DNA of 41,419 nucleotides, taken from NCBI GenBank assembly GCA_018985235.1, contig JADGIG010000023.1, forward strand, positions 1-41,419, written 5' to 3'. Source of the DNA: Sanchytrium tribonematis (Eukaryota). The notes beneath the pieces are model-generated. The model worked only from the letters and a program-made list of their open reading frames with translations. It was not told where the DNA came from and made no database searches. Positions 32,071 to 41,419 of the stretch are shown here, piece by piece; position 1 is the stretch's first letter; each line of letters starts with the position of its first letter. A program made the position numbers and the translations under genes.

Positions 32071-32409
32071 ATGTATTTCTCTCTTTTTGTTTATTCATTC
32101 CCTGCTCCCCTAAAACCCAGTTCTCCATTTAGTGGGGCACATACGGAATATAGTAAATTTGGAAGAATAGGGATGAAATTACAATGGGGATTAATGGGCA
32201 TTTCAATTTTAGCGAGTATCTTAAGTTTATCTGGACCAGAAAATCAAATTAAGGAGAAGCTGGATAAGTTATTAGGGCATGGACCACCTCCATTAAATCA
32301 TCCAGTCCAAAAACTGGCACATCCGCCTTCACAAATCCAACCAATTGATTCGGGTATTCAGGCTTCTAATAACTTGGGGCAGGCTGCTGCCTCGAATTTA
32401 TCACACTAG
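32071..32409 (+). CDS. Small hypothetical secreted or membrane protein
   Basis: Short hydrophobic N-terminus, one TM segment, Pro/Gln-rich tail, AATAAA downstream. Confidence 0.55.
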   Translation: MYFSLFVYSFPAPLKPSSPFSGAHTEYSKFGRIGMKLQWGLMGISILASILSLSGPENQIKEKLDKLLGHGPPPLNHPVQKLAHPPSQIQPIDSGIQASNNLGQAAASNLSH

Positions 32410-32453
32410 AGTAACTCCATAATAATACCATTCGAATAAAATTAAATTATTTA

Positions 32454-34332
32454 TTACAATTCGGGATGCTGTGCTTTTAAACTTTCATAAGCTGTATTTA
32501 AAATCGCAAAAACATTCTGTGCTATGAGTTTCTGGGCAGGAGATGTTGATGGCGGCAACTTAATTAGCAGAAACTACTTTATCAGGATGAATTTTGGAAA
32601 CGGTCTTCATGTATGCTTTTTTGATTTGGATAGGTTGCATGACATCCGAAATTGATATATCTTTCCATATAATTCCTGTTTTTAACATTAATGGACCGAC
32701 TGTCGTCAAAAGTGCTCTAATGTTAAGTTCCTTGCCAAGACTCCATTGCTTAATAAGTAAATCTATATCGTCTTTAGCTTCAAATGCCTTTTTGGAGTCT
32801 TCTTCCTTCTTTTCTTGCTCCTTCCTTAACTCTTGGACTCTTTCAGACTTGTTCACATCCATTATGATACCAGGTGTTTGTCTTTGTGTGTTGTTGAAAT
32901 TGATAGCAGGATTTAAAGCCATTTGGCATCTTTTAATGGAGCTCTTTATTATGTCTATGCTGTGAGCGTCACTTGATAGAGATGATAATTGCTGTAAAGT
33001 ATCTAGACAAAGTTGATATTTTTCTAAATTTTCCAATGCCTGTGATTTCTTCAATAGCACTGTAAATAAATCACTAGGTATGAAAGAAAAACCATCGACA
33101 TTAATAGAATTCAAATATTTAAACATTGATGCGACATCAAAAATGGCAGATTTATCAACTTTGGTACAAACAAGTTCAAGTATTGATTCCAGGTCAATTA
33201 TGGCTTCCTTGCTCATACCTGTCTCAAGAAGGCAAATCGCTCGATTTAATAGAATATGTGCAAACAGCGGATGTCGAATTTGCTGCACCGAATACGTCTT
33301 AGCTGCATCAGCGTATTGCCCTGATCTCATTAGATTGTCAGCTTTCAATTTAGATTCAGATACTTCTATCAAAAATGTTGGATTTAATGGCGTGTACCAA
33401 TTTTCTTTCAATATTTTCAAATTATCAATTTTCACTTTTGAAGGATCTGTGACAACTCTTCTAGGCTTAACGGAAGGTTTTTCCTGATAAAGCTGATCTT
33501 TGTTAGCGTCAACAGGATTAAAATATATATCCCCATTGTCAAAAGGCACCAATTTTGATTTTGATTTTTCAATAAATGGCTGGGTAAAGTCCTTTGCCTG
33601 GTTCATAAACTTAGTAGCTTTGTTCAAAAGTGAAGACGATATCGATACGTCTTCGGCTTTCTTTGAAGATCCACTAACAATTAACAAGTCGTCAATTGCC
33701 GCAGTCATATTTCCATTGTTTTTTGACAGAGACTCTAAGGCACTCCTTCTTTCAAACCCCATATTTACAAGTTCAGATGCTAAGCTATCGTAGTTGGTCG
33801 GCTGATTATGATCAGAATTCGAGATTTCTTTTATTTTTGCGCTAGAAGTCTCAATTATATCATAATTAGTTGACTCATTTGTAATAAATTTGTCGTTACG
33901 CATGGTTTTCAAGTTCGAAGCACTACTTAATAGTGGTGGTGCAGTGCTACTTCTTCCATGATGACGATCAAAGATACTGAAGTCATTGCTTATCTGACTT
34001 GCTTGAGGTTCTAAGATTGGCTTGTTAAAAATATCCATAAAATCGTCCGTATTCTGCAGCTTTTGAGGCTGCACTGTTATTTGTTCGTGATTTTGTAATA
34101 CCGTATCATTAATAATGGATCTTTGTGGCAGTGAATTTCCCAGCAAGCCGACATCAAAGTCATGTAATGTGGAGATTGAATTATTATTCATCTCTGGCTT
34201 AATTTGCTTAGGAGACGCAGACGACTTCGTTGATTGAATTTGACCAATTGGTCGCGTGGGCTGCTTTGGTTTTATTGAAACCAGATCATTAAATAGATCA
34301 TCATTTTTCTTAAGTTTAGAATCTTTTGACAT
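32454..34332 (-). CDS. SWA2: Auxilin-like clathrin uncoating factor (UBA-TPR-J); exons 34332-32578 and 32558-32454
   Basis: UBA (LVNMGFERRSA), TPR region, J-like domain NIRALL..KKAYMK..IHPDK|LPPSTS..IAQNVFAILNTAY. Confidence 0.88.
32559..32577 (-). other. 19-nt spliceosomal intron GTAGTTTCTGCTAATTAAG
   Basis: Removal restores HPDKL and the final J-domain helix. Confidence 0.92.
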
Positions 34333-34467
34333 TTAATGTTTCGAATGATTTTCCATTAAAAACTAATCCGCCAAAAGATATGCCCATTTCTTCGCAATTC
34401 TATTAGAAAATGCTAATTTGCAGGTGGGAATAAGCGCGGCCATTTTTTGTTTTATATCGAAATTCTG

Positions 34468-35301
34468 ATGAATTCTATTTCATTCACGGAGGCATATCAG
34501 CTTGCCAAGGAAGATGTTGACAGACTATCTGGAGCACCTGTTAAATATCAAGAATTGCTACAAAGTATAAAAGTTTACAAGTCCCCAAATGATGCAAAAT
34601 TACATAAAAAATTTCAAATAGAATTGTCTACAGACCTGGTCAAGAAACCAGATATAAAAAGTCTTGATTTATTGAATGCAAAAATGGATGATGCCGCAAA
34701 GAGAAGGCAGCTCTTACTTATGCGGGATAGTTTGAAAATTGAAATTGAACAGGTTAGGATTATTTTTTATCTTTATTTTCTTCATTTAATTATTTGCAAA
34801 AATAGATCTAAAAGGCTATCTGATATCAACAGAAGGTCTGCTGCACGAAAAATTTCTAAATGGTACAAAGCTATTTTGGTGAAAAAGAAAGAATCTAAAA
34901 AATTGTGGGCAATATCCGTAATTCTACCAATTATCCTTAAATTTGTTGAAACGAAACGAATTAAGAAACAACAGCGAAATGCAATCATTGTATATTCATA
35001 TATAAAAGAAACTTATGAATCTGGCTTCTTAATCAACTTAATTCACACATACCAGCTTAAAGTATTAAAATGTCAAGTTTTGACACGCAATTTTTTATCA
35101 AAGAAGCACGCCAAAATTCAATTAAGACTCTTACAGATTGAGCAATTTGAAAAAAAAGGCAAACGGCGAAGACATTCTATTGTGTCAAATAAAAACACTC
35201 GCATTCTCCAAATTTCAGATTTGCTGAAAATTGAGAGAGAAAATAAGATTTACCGTTCTCTTTTTACCAATGAAGATTTGCTAAAATATTTTGAGTTTTG
35301 A
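34468..35301 (+). CDS. Basic hypothetical protein with IQ-like motifs
   Basis: AARKISKWYK and KCQVLTRNFLSK are IQ-like; first ATG at 34468. Confidence 0.5.
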   Translation: MNSISFTEAYQLAKEDVDRLSGAPVKYQELLQSIKVYKSPNDAKLHKKFQIELSTDLVKKPDIKSLDLLNAKMDDAAKRRQLLLMRDSLKIEIEQVRIIFYLYFLHLIICKNRSKRLSDINRRSAARKISKWYKAILVKKKESKKLWAISVILPIILKFVETKRIKKQQRNAIIVYSYIKETYESGFLINLIHTYQLKVLKCQVLTRNFLSKKHAKIQLRLLQIEQFEKKGKRRRHSIVSNKNTRILQISDLLKIERENKIYRSLFTNEDLLKYFEF

Positions 35302-35350
35302 TTTATGAATAAACAATAATTCAATTAAACTCTTGCGTTCTCCTTAAATC

Positions 35351-37073
35351 ATGTCCAGACACAGATTTGTTCGTAATTTAGATTATGATGATTATATGGA
35401 TGACGGATCTGACTCTTTCAGCGACGAATACGAAGAGAGTCAAGTAAATCCCATAATATCTTCCACATTAACATATGCAATTCCTATCGAAAAAAATCAA
35501 CAGGAAAAGAGGAGAATCAAGCCGGTTGCCAGTAAACCCACAGTCGTAGGTAATAAAGTTCACCTAGTCAATAACTTAGAATTGAAAAACGCGAGAAAAG
35601 GTCCAGACGCAACTGCTAAAAAACTTTCTAGTATTACAATTTCCTCACAAAAGAAAAAAGAATCTACTGTCCGTTCTGAAGAATTAAATGTCAAAAATTA
35701 TAGCAGTCAAATTGAAGAAAAAAATTCTAATGTCAAAGCAGCTTCTAAAGTCAAGCTCGATGATAATCAGGCAAAAGCAATTTTATCGAGTTTAAAAGAA
35801 AATGTAAATATTGTGGTCATAGGACATGTCGATTCTGGGAAGAGTACTTTAGTGGGGCATATGCTTCATTTGTTGAATGTCATAGATGATAAACAATTAA
35901 GGAAGCAGCAGAAAATGTCAATGGAGGCAGGTAAGAAAAGTTTTGCATTTGCTTGGACATTAGATGCTGATGACGAGGAGAGACAAAGAGGAGTTACTAT
36001 AGATGTTGGAGTTGCATCATTTATTGGAAAAAAACGAAGGTTTACGATACTCGATGCTCCAGGACACCGTGATTTTGTTCCAAATATGGTAATCTATTCT
36101 AATTTATATATCTGGTGCTTCTCAAGCAGAAATTGCTATACTGGTGGTCGATTCTAATAATGGTGCTTTTGAATCAGGGTTTCTTCAGGGCGGTCAAACT
36201 AAAGAACATGCTCTTTTAGCGAAAAGCCTTGGTATTTCACAAATGATCGTAGCAATCAACAAACTCGACACCTGCAGATGGGATAATACAAGATTTGTAG
36301 AAATTTCCCAGTCTTTGATACAATATTTACTCCAAATTGGATTTTCTCATGACCAAATAAGTTTTGTCCCTACAAGCGGTTTAAGAGGAGAAAATATCGT
36401 CGATGATTATCAATTAACTTGGTATGATCAAGGTTCCCTTTTAAAGGTACTAGAAAATGTTGTACTTCCAAAAAGAGCTATAGAGCTTCCATTTAGGATG
36501 GGATGTTACGACGTCTTCAAATCAAATGGTCTTTCGGTGTACGGCAAAATAAGTAGAGGATATGTGCAACATAATCAAGTTCTTTTGGTTGAGCCAATAC
36601 ACAAAACTTGTAAGGTTAGTAAGATTTTTAATAATGAGGATATTGTGGAGATAGCCGGGGCTGGAGACTCTGTTATAATGCAACTTACTGATATAGACAT
36701 AGAAGTGGTATATTCAGAATGTGTCTTTTGCTATATAGATAATCCGATTTCCTGTGCTTCCGAATTGGAGGTACAAATTTTATTGCAAAATGTGAATCTA
36801 TTGCCAGGATTTACTTGTATATTTTATCAAAGAAGTTTAGAAATCAGTTGCAGTATAACGAAACTAATCGGCATTAATGATAAATCTAGTGGAGAAATTA
36901 TAAAGAAAAATCCAAGGCAAATTAAAACGGGACAAGTTGCCACAATCTCGTTAAAATTGCAGAATAAAACTTGCGTAGATACCTTTACCAGCGATAAAGA
37001 GTTTGGAAGATTCTTACTTCGTAAATCCGGAGAAACTATCGCAAATGGTATCATCCTCGCGATAATAAATTAA
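35351..37073 (+). CDS. HBS1: HBS1-like translational GTPase; exons 35351-36088 and 36108-37073 (567 aa)
   Basis: MSRHRFVRN N-terminus, GHVDSGKST, ERQRGVT, DAPGHRDFVPNM|ISGASQA, NKLD, GRFLLR. Confidence 0.92.
36089..36107 (+). other. 19-nt intron with non-canonical 3' end, GTAATCTATTCTAATTTAT (GT-AT)
   Basis: Only this excision restores the conserved DFVPNMISGASQA; the nearest AGs (introns of 38 or 41 nt) give the wrong frame. Confidence 0.8.
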
Positions 37074-37963
37074 AGTTGAATAGCAATTGCCTCTTTTGCA
37101 GTAATACGCTTAGCCGGTATGGGCTCAAGAATCTTAAGAGTCAATGACAACCCAGCATCTGTCAACCCACTGAAATCTCTCCAGTTTTTTCTCTGGCTTA
37201 AATATTGTGCGTAATATTTATCCTTCTCGGTAGCTTGACACCACACCTTCTTCTTCAACACCATCGCAGTATATACAATCCCGACGCTCCAAATATCTAT
37301 AGGAGGGCCTTTATATTTTCCACTCCATATTTCAGGGGCCATGTACGGATCGCTACCTTCAATACCTTCTATCCAAACATCATCGTCTTCAAATGGGGTT
37401 TTGTATCGAATAGCAAGTCCAAAGTCACATAGCTTTACGTTTTCGTTGTGACAAAGGATATTTTCAGGTTTGATATCCCTATGACAGATGCCAACTTCAT
37501 CTAGATATGCCACTGCGCCAAGTAATTGCTTAACAGTTCGATTGCATTGTGAAGTTGACATCCCCGCTTCGATCCATTTGAATAATTCGCAACCAGCGTA
37601 CTCCGAAACATAGCACCAATAGTGATCATAAAACAAATCAAATACTTTCACAATATTATCGTGGTTCAATTGCGATGCAATACAATACTCTTCGGTCAAA
37701 TGCTGTACATGTCTCTGATCCTCAGAATGAAGTTGTTTCACTGCAACAAGTTGTACATCATCATTAGATTCATGATGGTGATTGTGATGCAGAATATCTT
37801 CAAAATGAAGTTTTAGATGCGGTGACTTTTTTTTATCATCAAAAACTTCTCCAAGATATACAGTAGCATTTGCTCCACTACCCAATGATTTCAATATTTT
37901 AATGTTTCTCACTTGCTTATGCAGCAAATGACTCATCTTGGTTTTGATTGTTGGTGACTGCAT
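37070..37963 (-). CDS. NPR/HAL-family Ser/Thr kinase
   Basis: GSGANATV, EYCIASQLNHDNI, CHRDIKPEN, DFG, GSDPYMAPE, W..A...D..Y. Confidence 0.85.
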   Translation of the reverse strand: MQSPTIKTKMSHLLHKQVRNIKILKSLGSGANATVYLGEVFDDKKKSPHLKLHFEDILHHNHHHESNDDVQLVAVKQLHSEDQRHVQHLTEEYCIASQLNHDNIVKVFDLFYDHYWCYVSEYAGCELFKWIEAGMSTSQCNRTVKQLLGAVAYLDEVGICHRDIKPENILCHNENVKLCDFGLAIRYKTPFEDDDVWIEGIEGSDPYMAPEIWSGKYKGPPIDIWSVGIVYTAMVLKKKVWCQATEKDKYYAQYLSQRKNWRDFSGLTDAGLSLTLKILEPIPAKRITAKEAIAIQL

Positions 37964-38121
37964 TTGAAAAATGTTAACTCCGCGTTTCTTGATTCGATCA
38001 ATTTGTACTAAAAAAGCTTATATATACACTTTGAAAACTAATTTCATGATCTGGGAATTCTATCAATTGGAAAAACATCGAAATACTGGCTTTAAAAAAG
38101 GCAAGAATCAGCATTGTGATA

Positions 38122-38204
38122 GGGAGAGTGGCCGAGTGGTCTAAGGCGTCACGTTAAGGCCGTGATTTACTCTGTAAGCAGGGGTTCGAATCCCCTCTCT
38201 CTCA
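38122..38204 (+). tRNA. tRNA-Leu(AAG), intronless
   Basis: GGGAGAG/CTCTCTC acceptor stem, TGGCCGAGTGGTCTAAGG D-arm, TCACG-TTAAGGC-CGTGA anticodon arm, long variable arm, GGTTCGAATCC, T-run downstream. Confidence 0.95.
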
Positions 38205-38451
38205 TCATTTGTTTTCAAGGAAATACTTTAATTCAAGGTTCATCCCTAATTATTGGGGAATTTTTTTCGTATTGCTGCAGATTGTTCTGAGACTCATGAC
38301 AAAAAGTTATTAGTTGACAAGATCATTCTTAATTCCGCTACAAAAAGTTGTAGGCACTGAAAGTGTGCTATGTTCTTATGGATATTGACAAATATCATAT
38401 TGTTAATATAGAGTTTTAGGTACAATATTGTAGAAGGTTTACACCCCTTAA

Positions 38452-38934
38452 ATGTTTTCTGAACAAATTTCCATCATAAATATTAAAGAAGTGCCAAGTA
38501 ATATATACAACAATATCAAGTCATTTAACGCCAAATCACTTTTTACAATATTGATGCCATTTTGCCAAATATTTATGGGTGCAATGTACTGTTTTTTGAA
38601 TTGGATTTTGATTTCTGTAGGTATTATCTGGATTATTTTTGGTTTTGTTACTCTGTCGGGCCATCATTGGAACGAACAGCACCGAGCTACTTTGGCATTA
38701 CACATTATAAGTCCGATAGCTTTGGTTTTTGTGTATGGCACTATTAATTGGATGACAATAACAATGTGGTCTATGCATGGCGCTTCGTTAATTTATTTTG
38801 GTTTACGCTACCTTAAGAGACAAAAATATGATGAAGGCATACTTATGCCTTCGCATGACGAATTGCTACCAGAAAACGAGCAAGATGATGCGGATTTGGT
38901 TGAAGTTCCACTTCATTCCATTTCTTCAAAGTAA
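38452..38934 (+). CDS. Hypothetical membrane protein (about 4 TM)
   Basis: Hydrophobic segments followed by an acidic tail. Confidence 0.6.
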   Translation: MFSEQISIINIKEVPSNIYNNIKSFNAKSLFTILMPFCQIFMGAMYCFLNWILISVGIIWIIFGFVTLSGHHWNEQHRATLALHIISPIALVFVYGTINWMTITMWSMHGASLIYFGLRYLKRQKYDEGILMPSHDELLPENEQDDADLVEVPLHSISSK

Positions 38935-38936
38935 AT

Positions 38937-39347
38937 TTATTGTTTAGCCGATTCACTCTCTTTGACCCTAGCCTGAATTACTTGAGTTAAAACTAATAGT
39001 TGCTTCTGTTTTTCCTCAAGATCAGTCATCAATGGTTTTAAATTTTCTTGAACATACTCAATTCTACGTTTATAAATTTCCTGCGCGTACGTATGCGAGC
39101 ATTGAATAAAGTATCCAGTACCAACGTCAACCATAACCTTCTCGCCAATTGTGCCTTGAACATGGATACTATTTGTAAGAGGTATCAAAGCTGAAGTCAT
39201 GTCCGCATTTAAGATAGATATATTTTCACTGAAGGTTTGTAGCAATTGCTGTAGCTGTTGCGCACTCATTTGAAGTGTTTGAACATCTCTATCAAGAGAT
39301 TGTCTGACTTGAAGTAACTGCTGTACTGGTAACGTTTTTAAATCCAT
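38937..39347 (-). CDS. GIM5: Prefoldin subunit 5 (alpha)
   Basis: DLKTLPVQQL, LIPLTNSIHVQG, VMVDVGTGYF. Confidence 0.9.
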   Translation of the reverse strand: MDLKTLPVQQLLQVRQSLDRDVQTLQMSAQQLQQLLQTFSENISILNADMTSALIPLTNSIHVQGTIGEKVMVDVGTGYFIQCSHTYAQEIYKRRIEYVQENLKPLMTDLEEKQKQLLVLTQVIQARVKESESAKQ

Positions 39348-39379
39348 AATACAAATAGAAACTAGGAGAAATTGGTATT

Positions 39380-40319
39380 TTATTGATCAAAGTTTAGCTC
39401 TTTCTGATTTGTGACTTTAATTGACTCAATGAAGCTTTTCACTTTTTCATAAACCATGAAAACGATTGCTTGTCCGGGTGCAACTCTCAATACTAAATTA
39501 TGTTTAATTACTTCTAGGAGTGATTCCTCTATAAAATGCCTTAAACCCTCCACTCTGATAAATCTCTTGCGACACCCTTTTGATTCGAGCTGAGGAGGAT
39601 TCGGTCGGTATGGCTTTGCTACGTTGAATCCTAGTTTTAATTGTGTCAATTGGGGCATTACTCATTGGGCCAAGTGCACCACTGAATCCACCAAGTAAAA
39701 GTGATTGCCATCCTGGAATAGATTCTGTAGATTGCCAATTTAATAAGAACGTTTTGGCTTGATTATAAATTGTAAAATTTACAGCCTGATTCGTGGCTTG
39801 TCGCAATGCAGTCAAACTAACTCCCTTATATAACGCACCAAACCCTTCTTCTGTAATTATGGTATAAGCACAATGAGCCGCATTTCTGTATTTTGGAATA
39901 TCCATTGGATCGCTTAAAGAATGTCGTTGTGCTTGAAGTCTAATTTTTATAACTTCCATTGGGTTTACAACCATAACACTCTCTGTTACCCCCGCTCCAA
40001 GTCCTGCAATGAAAATGTGTCCAGCATTTGGAGAGTCGCCGCCAAGGTAACCCTTGTAATATTCAAAACTTCCAAATCTGATAGCGATCTTGGGTACAAT
40101 TCCCGTAACTACAGCCCCAAGGCCTTTATACAGCCCAGGTACACCTTCTTTCTTGGCAATTTCAATTCCTACTCTATAAAAAGGCATCGCCTTTTTTTGC
40201 TTACTGCGTAATTGCATTCTTACTTTTATAGTATCTAAAGGATGACAAACTAAAGCCTCACTGAGTCCCGCACATCCTCCTGCTATTAAATGAATTGAAA
40301 GGTTTTTTTGTTTACTCAT
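39380..40319 (-). CDS. SFC1: Mitochondrial succinate/fumarate carrier; exons 40319-39512 and 39492-39380
   Basis: CHPLDTIKVRMQL, NPMEVIKIRLQAQRHSLSDP..PKYRNA, RQATNQA, RGITPR|ILRVAPGQA. Confidence 0.9.
39493..39511 (-). other. 19-nt spliceosomal intron GTAATTAAACATAATTTAG
   Basis: Removal restores GITPRILRVAPGQAI. Confidence 0.93.
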
Positions 40320-40372
40320 TTTAGCAACGTGGTTTGTTTCAAACAAAAATCATAAATGTGGGAGAAACGGGG

Positions 40373-41419
40373 ATGAAATCATTGGATTGGAGTGATGACA
40401 TTGTTGCGGACGAATTTGGAAGTGATACGGAAATAAGAGAACTTCCTGACTTTCCTGACCTGAAGATCCCAATTGTCGAGTTAGACAGTGGCCATGATTC
40501 AGAACTGGAATCTCAAGTTTTTGAAGACGATCCTTTCAAAGAACACGATGTTGGTAAAAGTGAGCTTAATATTGATCGGATGCAAGTTGACCATATTGAC
40601 CACAATGATCTTTTTGAGGAAGATAACGATGCGAACTCCGTCAAACGAAAGATACATTCGATTTTAACAATTTTAGAAAGTTTTAAGGAACTTAAAGATT
40701 CTAAATATTCGCGCCAAGAATACATTGACCAAGTGATTTTATGTTTACAAGTCTTTTATGGATACAATGAGTTTCTATTGCGTAAGTTATTTGATATGTT
40801 TCCTTCTTTTGAAATTCTAGCATTTATTGAAAGTAATGAAAATCAGAGACCTATTACAATACGGACAAACACTCTTAAAATAAAAAGAAGAGACCTGACG
40901 AAGCTTTTACTTAAAAGGGGTATGCAACTGAAAGAACTTCCAGGGGAATGGAATAATGTGGGACTGCAAATTTTGAAGTCCAAAGTTCCCGTGGGTGCTA
41001 CGCCAGAATATCTGAATGGCTACTATATGATCCAATCTGCTTCTTCGTGGTTACCAGTAATGGCTATGGCTGAGCATACGAGTTTAGAAGATAAACGTAT
41101 TCTAGATATGTGTGCAGCTCCTGGTGGAAAAACCACTTATATTGCTCAACTAATGAAAAACTCAGGTATTTTATTTGCGAATGATTCAAACAAGTTGAGG
41201 TGCAAGTCAGTCCAGGCCATGGTAAGTCGTATGGGAATTGAAAATTGTATCATATGTAACGAAGATGGTAGAACATTGGAAAAGAAATGGCTTAACATGT
41301 TTGATGGAATTCTGCTTGATGCACCCTGTAGTGGAACTGGTGTCATTAGTAAGGATCCCCATGTTAAAAATACTAAAAACGAAAATGAGATCCATCTGCT
41401 CTCTGATCTGCAAAAGCAG
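40373..41419 (+). CDS. NOP2: rRNA m5C methyltransferase Nop2, running off the window end (absent from the ORF track)
   Basis: Open frame from the ATG at 40373: RPITIRTNTLK, VGATPEYLNG, LDMCAAPGGK, LLDAPCSGTGVISKDP. Confidence 0.93.
   Translation, partial: MKSLDWSDDIVADEFGSDTEIRELPDFPDLKIPIVELDSGHDSELESQVFEDDPFKEHDVGKSELNIDRMQVDHIDHNDLFEEDNDANSVKRKIHSILTILESFKELKDSKYSRQEYIDQVILCLQVFYGYNEFLLRKLFDMFPSFEILAFIESNENQRPITIRTNTLKIKRRDLTKLLLKRGMQLKELPGEWNNVGLQILKSKVPVGATPEYLNGYYMIQSASSWLPVMAMAEHTSLEDKRILDMCAAPGGKTTYIAQLMKNSGILFANDSNKLRCKSVQAMVSRMGIENCIICNEDGRTLEKKWLNMFDGILLDAPCSGTGVISKDPHVKNTKNENEIHLLSDLQKQ

Noticed and set aside
34753..34805. Possible longer intron (GTTAGG...AATAG, T-rich) in the IQ-like gene
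   Set aside because: Removing 53 nt would shift an otherwise open frame and it lacks the 19-nt consensus; unresolved without RNA data
22636..40346. Split ORFs read as pseudogenes, programmed frameshifts or assembly indels
   Set aside because: Each break is resolved by a 19-nt GTA..TAAY insert of the same length that restores conserved motifs; random indels would not share length and consensus
6507..41413. Numerous antisense or alternate-frame ORFs in the track (e.g. 21611-21934, 32594-33793, 40513-41413)
   Set aside because: They are shadows of well-supported genes on the opposite strand or in another frame, with no motifs of their own
5975..41419. Alternative genetic code (for example TAA/TAG read as Gln, as in some aphelids)
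   Set aside because: Conserved proteins end at TAA, TAG or TGA at the expected positions, with no internal stops outside introns

Overview
Very compact, AT-rich eukaryotic (fungal) genomic DNA in the standard genetic code. Bases ~1-5900 are a graveyard of degenerate transposon fragments (Ty3/Gypsy gag-PR-RT and integrase, PIF/Harbinger transposase, pogo/Tc5 HTH, possible EEP endonuclease). From ~5975 to the end, about 30 protein genes and one tRNA-Leu(AAG) are packed with tiny intergenic spaces. Recognisable genes include TIM44, RCF2, an OSR1/SPAK kinase, OGG1, NAA10/ARD1, a divergent CCDC40, ATX1, LYS9, an LKB1-like kinase, a ZIP transporter, a PLB1-like lipase, SWA2/auxilin, HBS1, an NPR/HAL kinase, prefoldin 5, SFC1 and a partial NOP2. 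Gene content suggests an early-diverging, ancestrally flagellated fungus with a reduced genome; a sanchytrid-like lineage is only a guess. Main discovery: all six introns I can infer are exactly 19 nt long with a rigid architecture, GTA-N8-TAAY-WW-AG (putative branch A fixed at -6). One of them, in HBS1, ends in AT rather than AG, which suggests a length-measuring spliceosome. Other observations: AATAAA fused to or right behind most stop codons, two unannotated paralogous 84-aa microproteins, and a bacterial-type F420/NADP oxidoreductase gene. Family calls come from motif recognition by eye, not from database searches.
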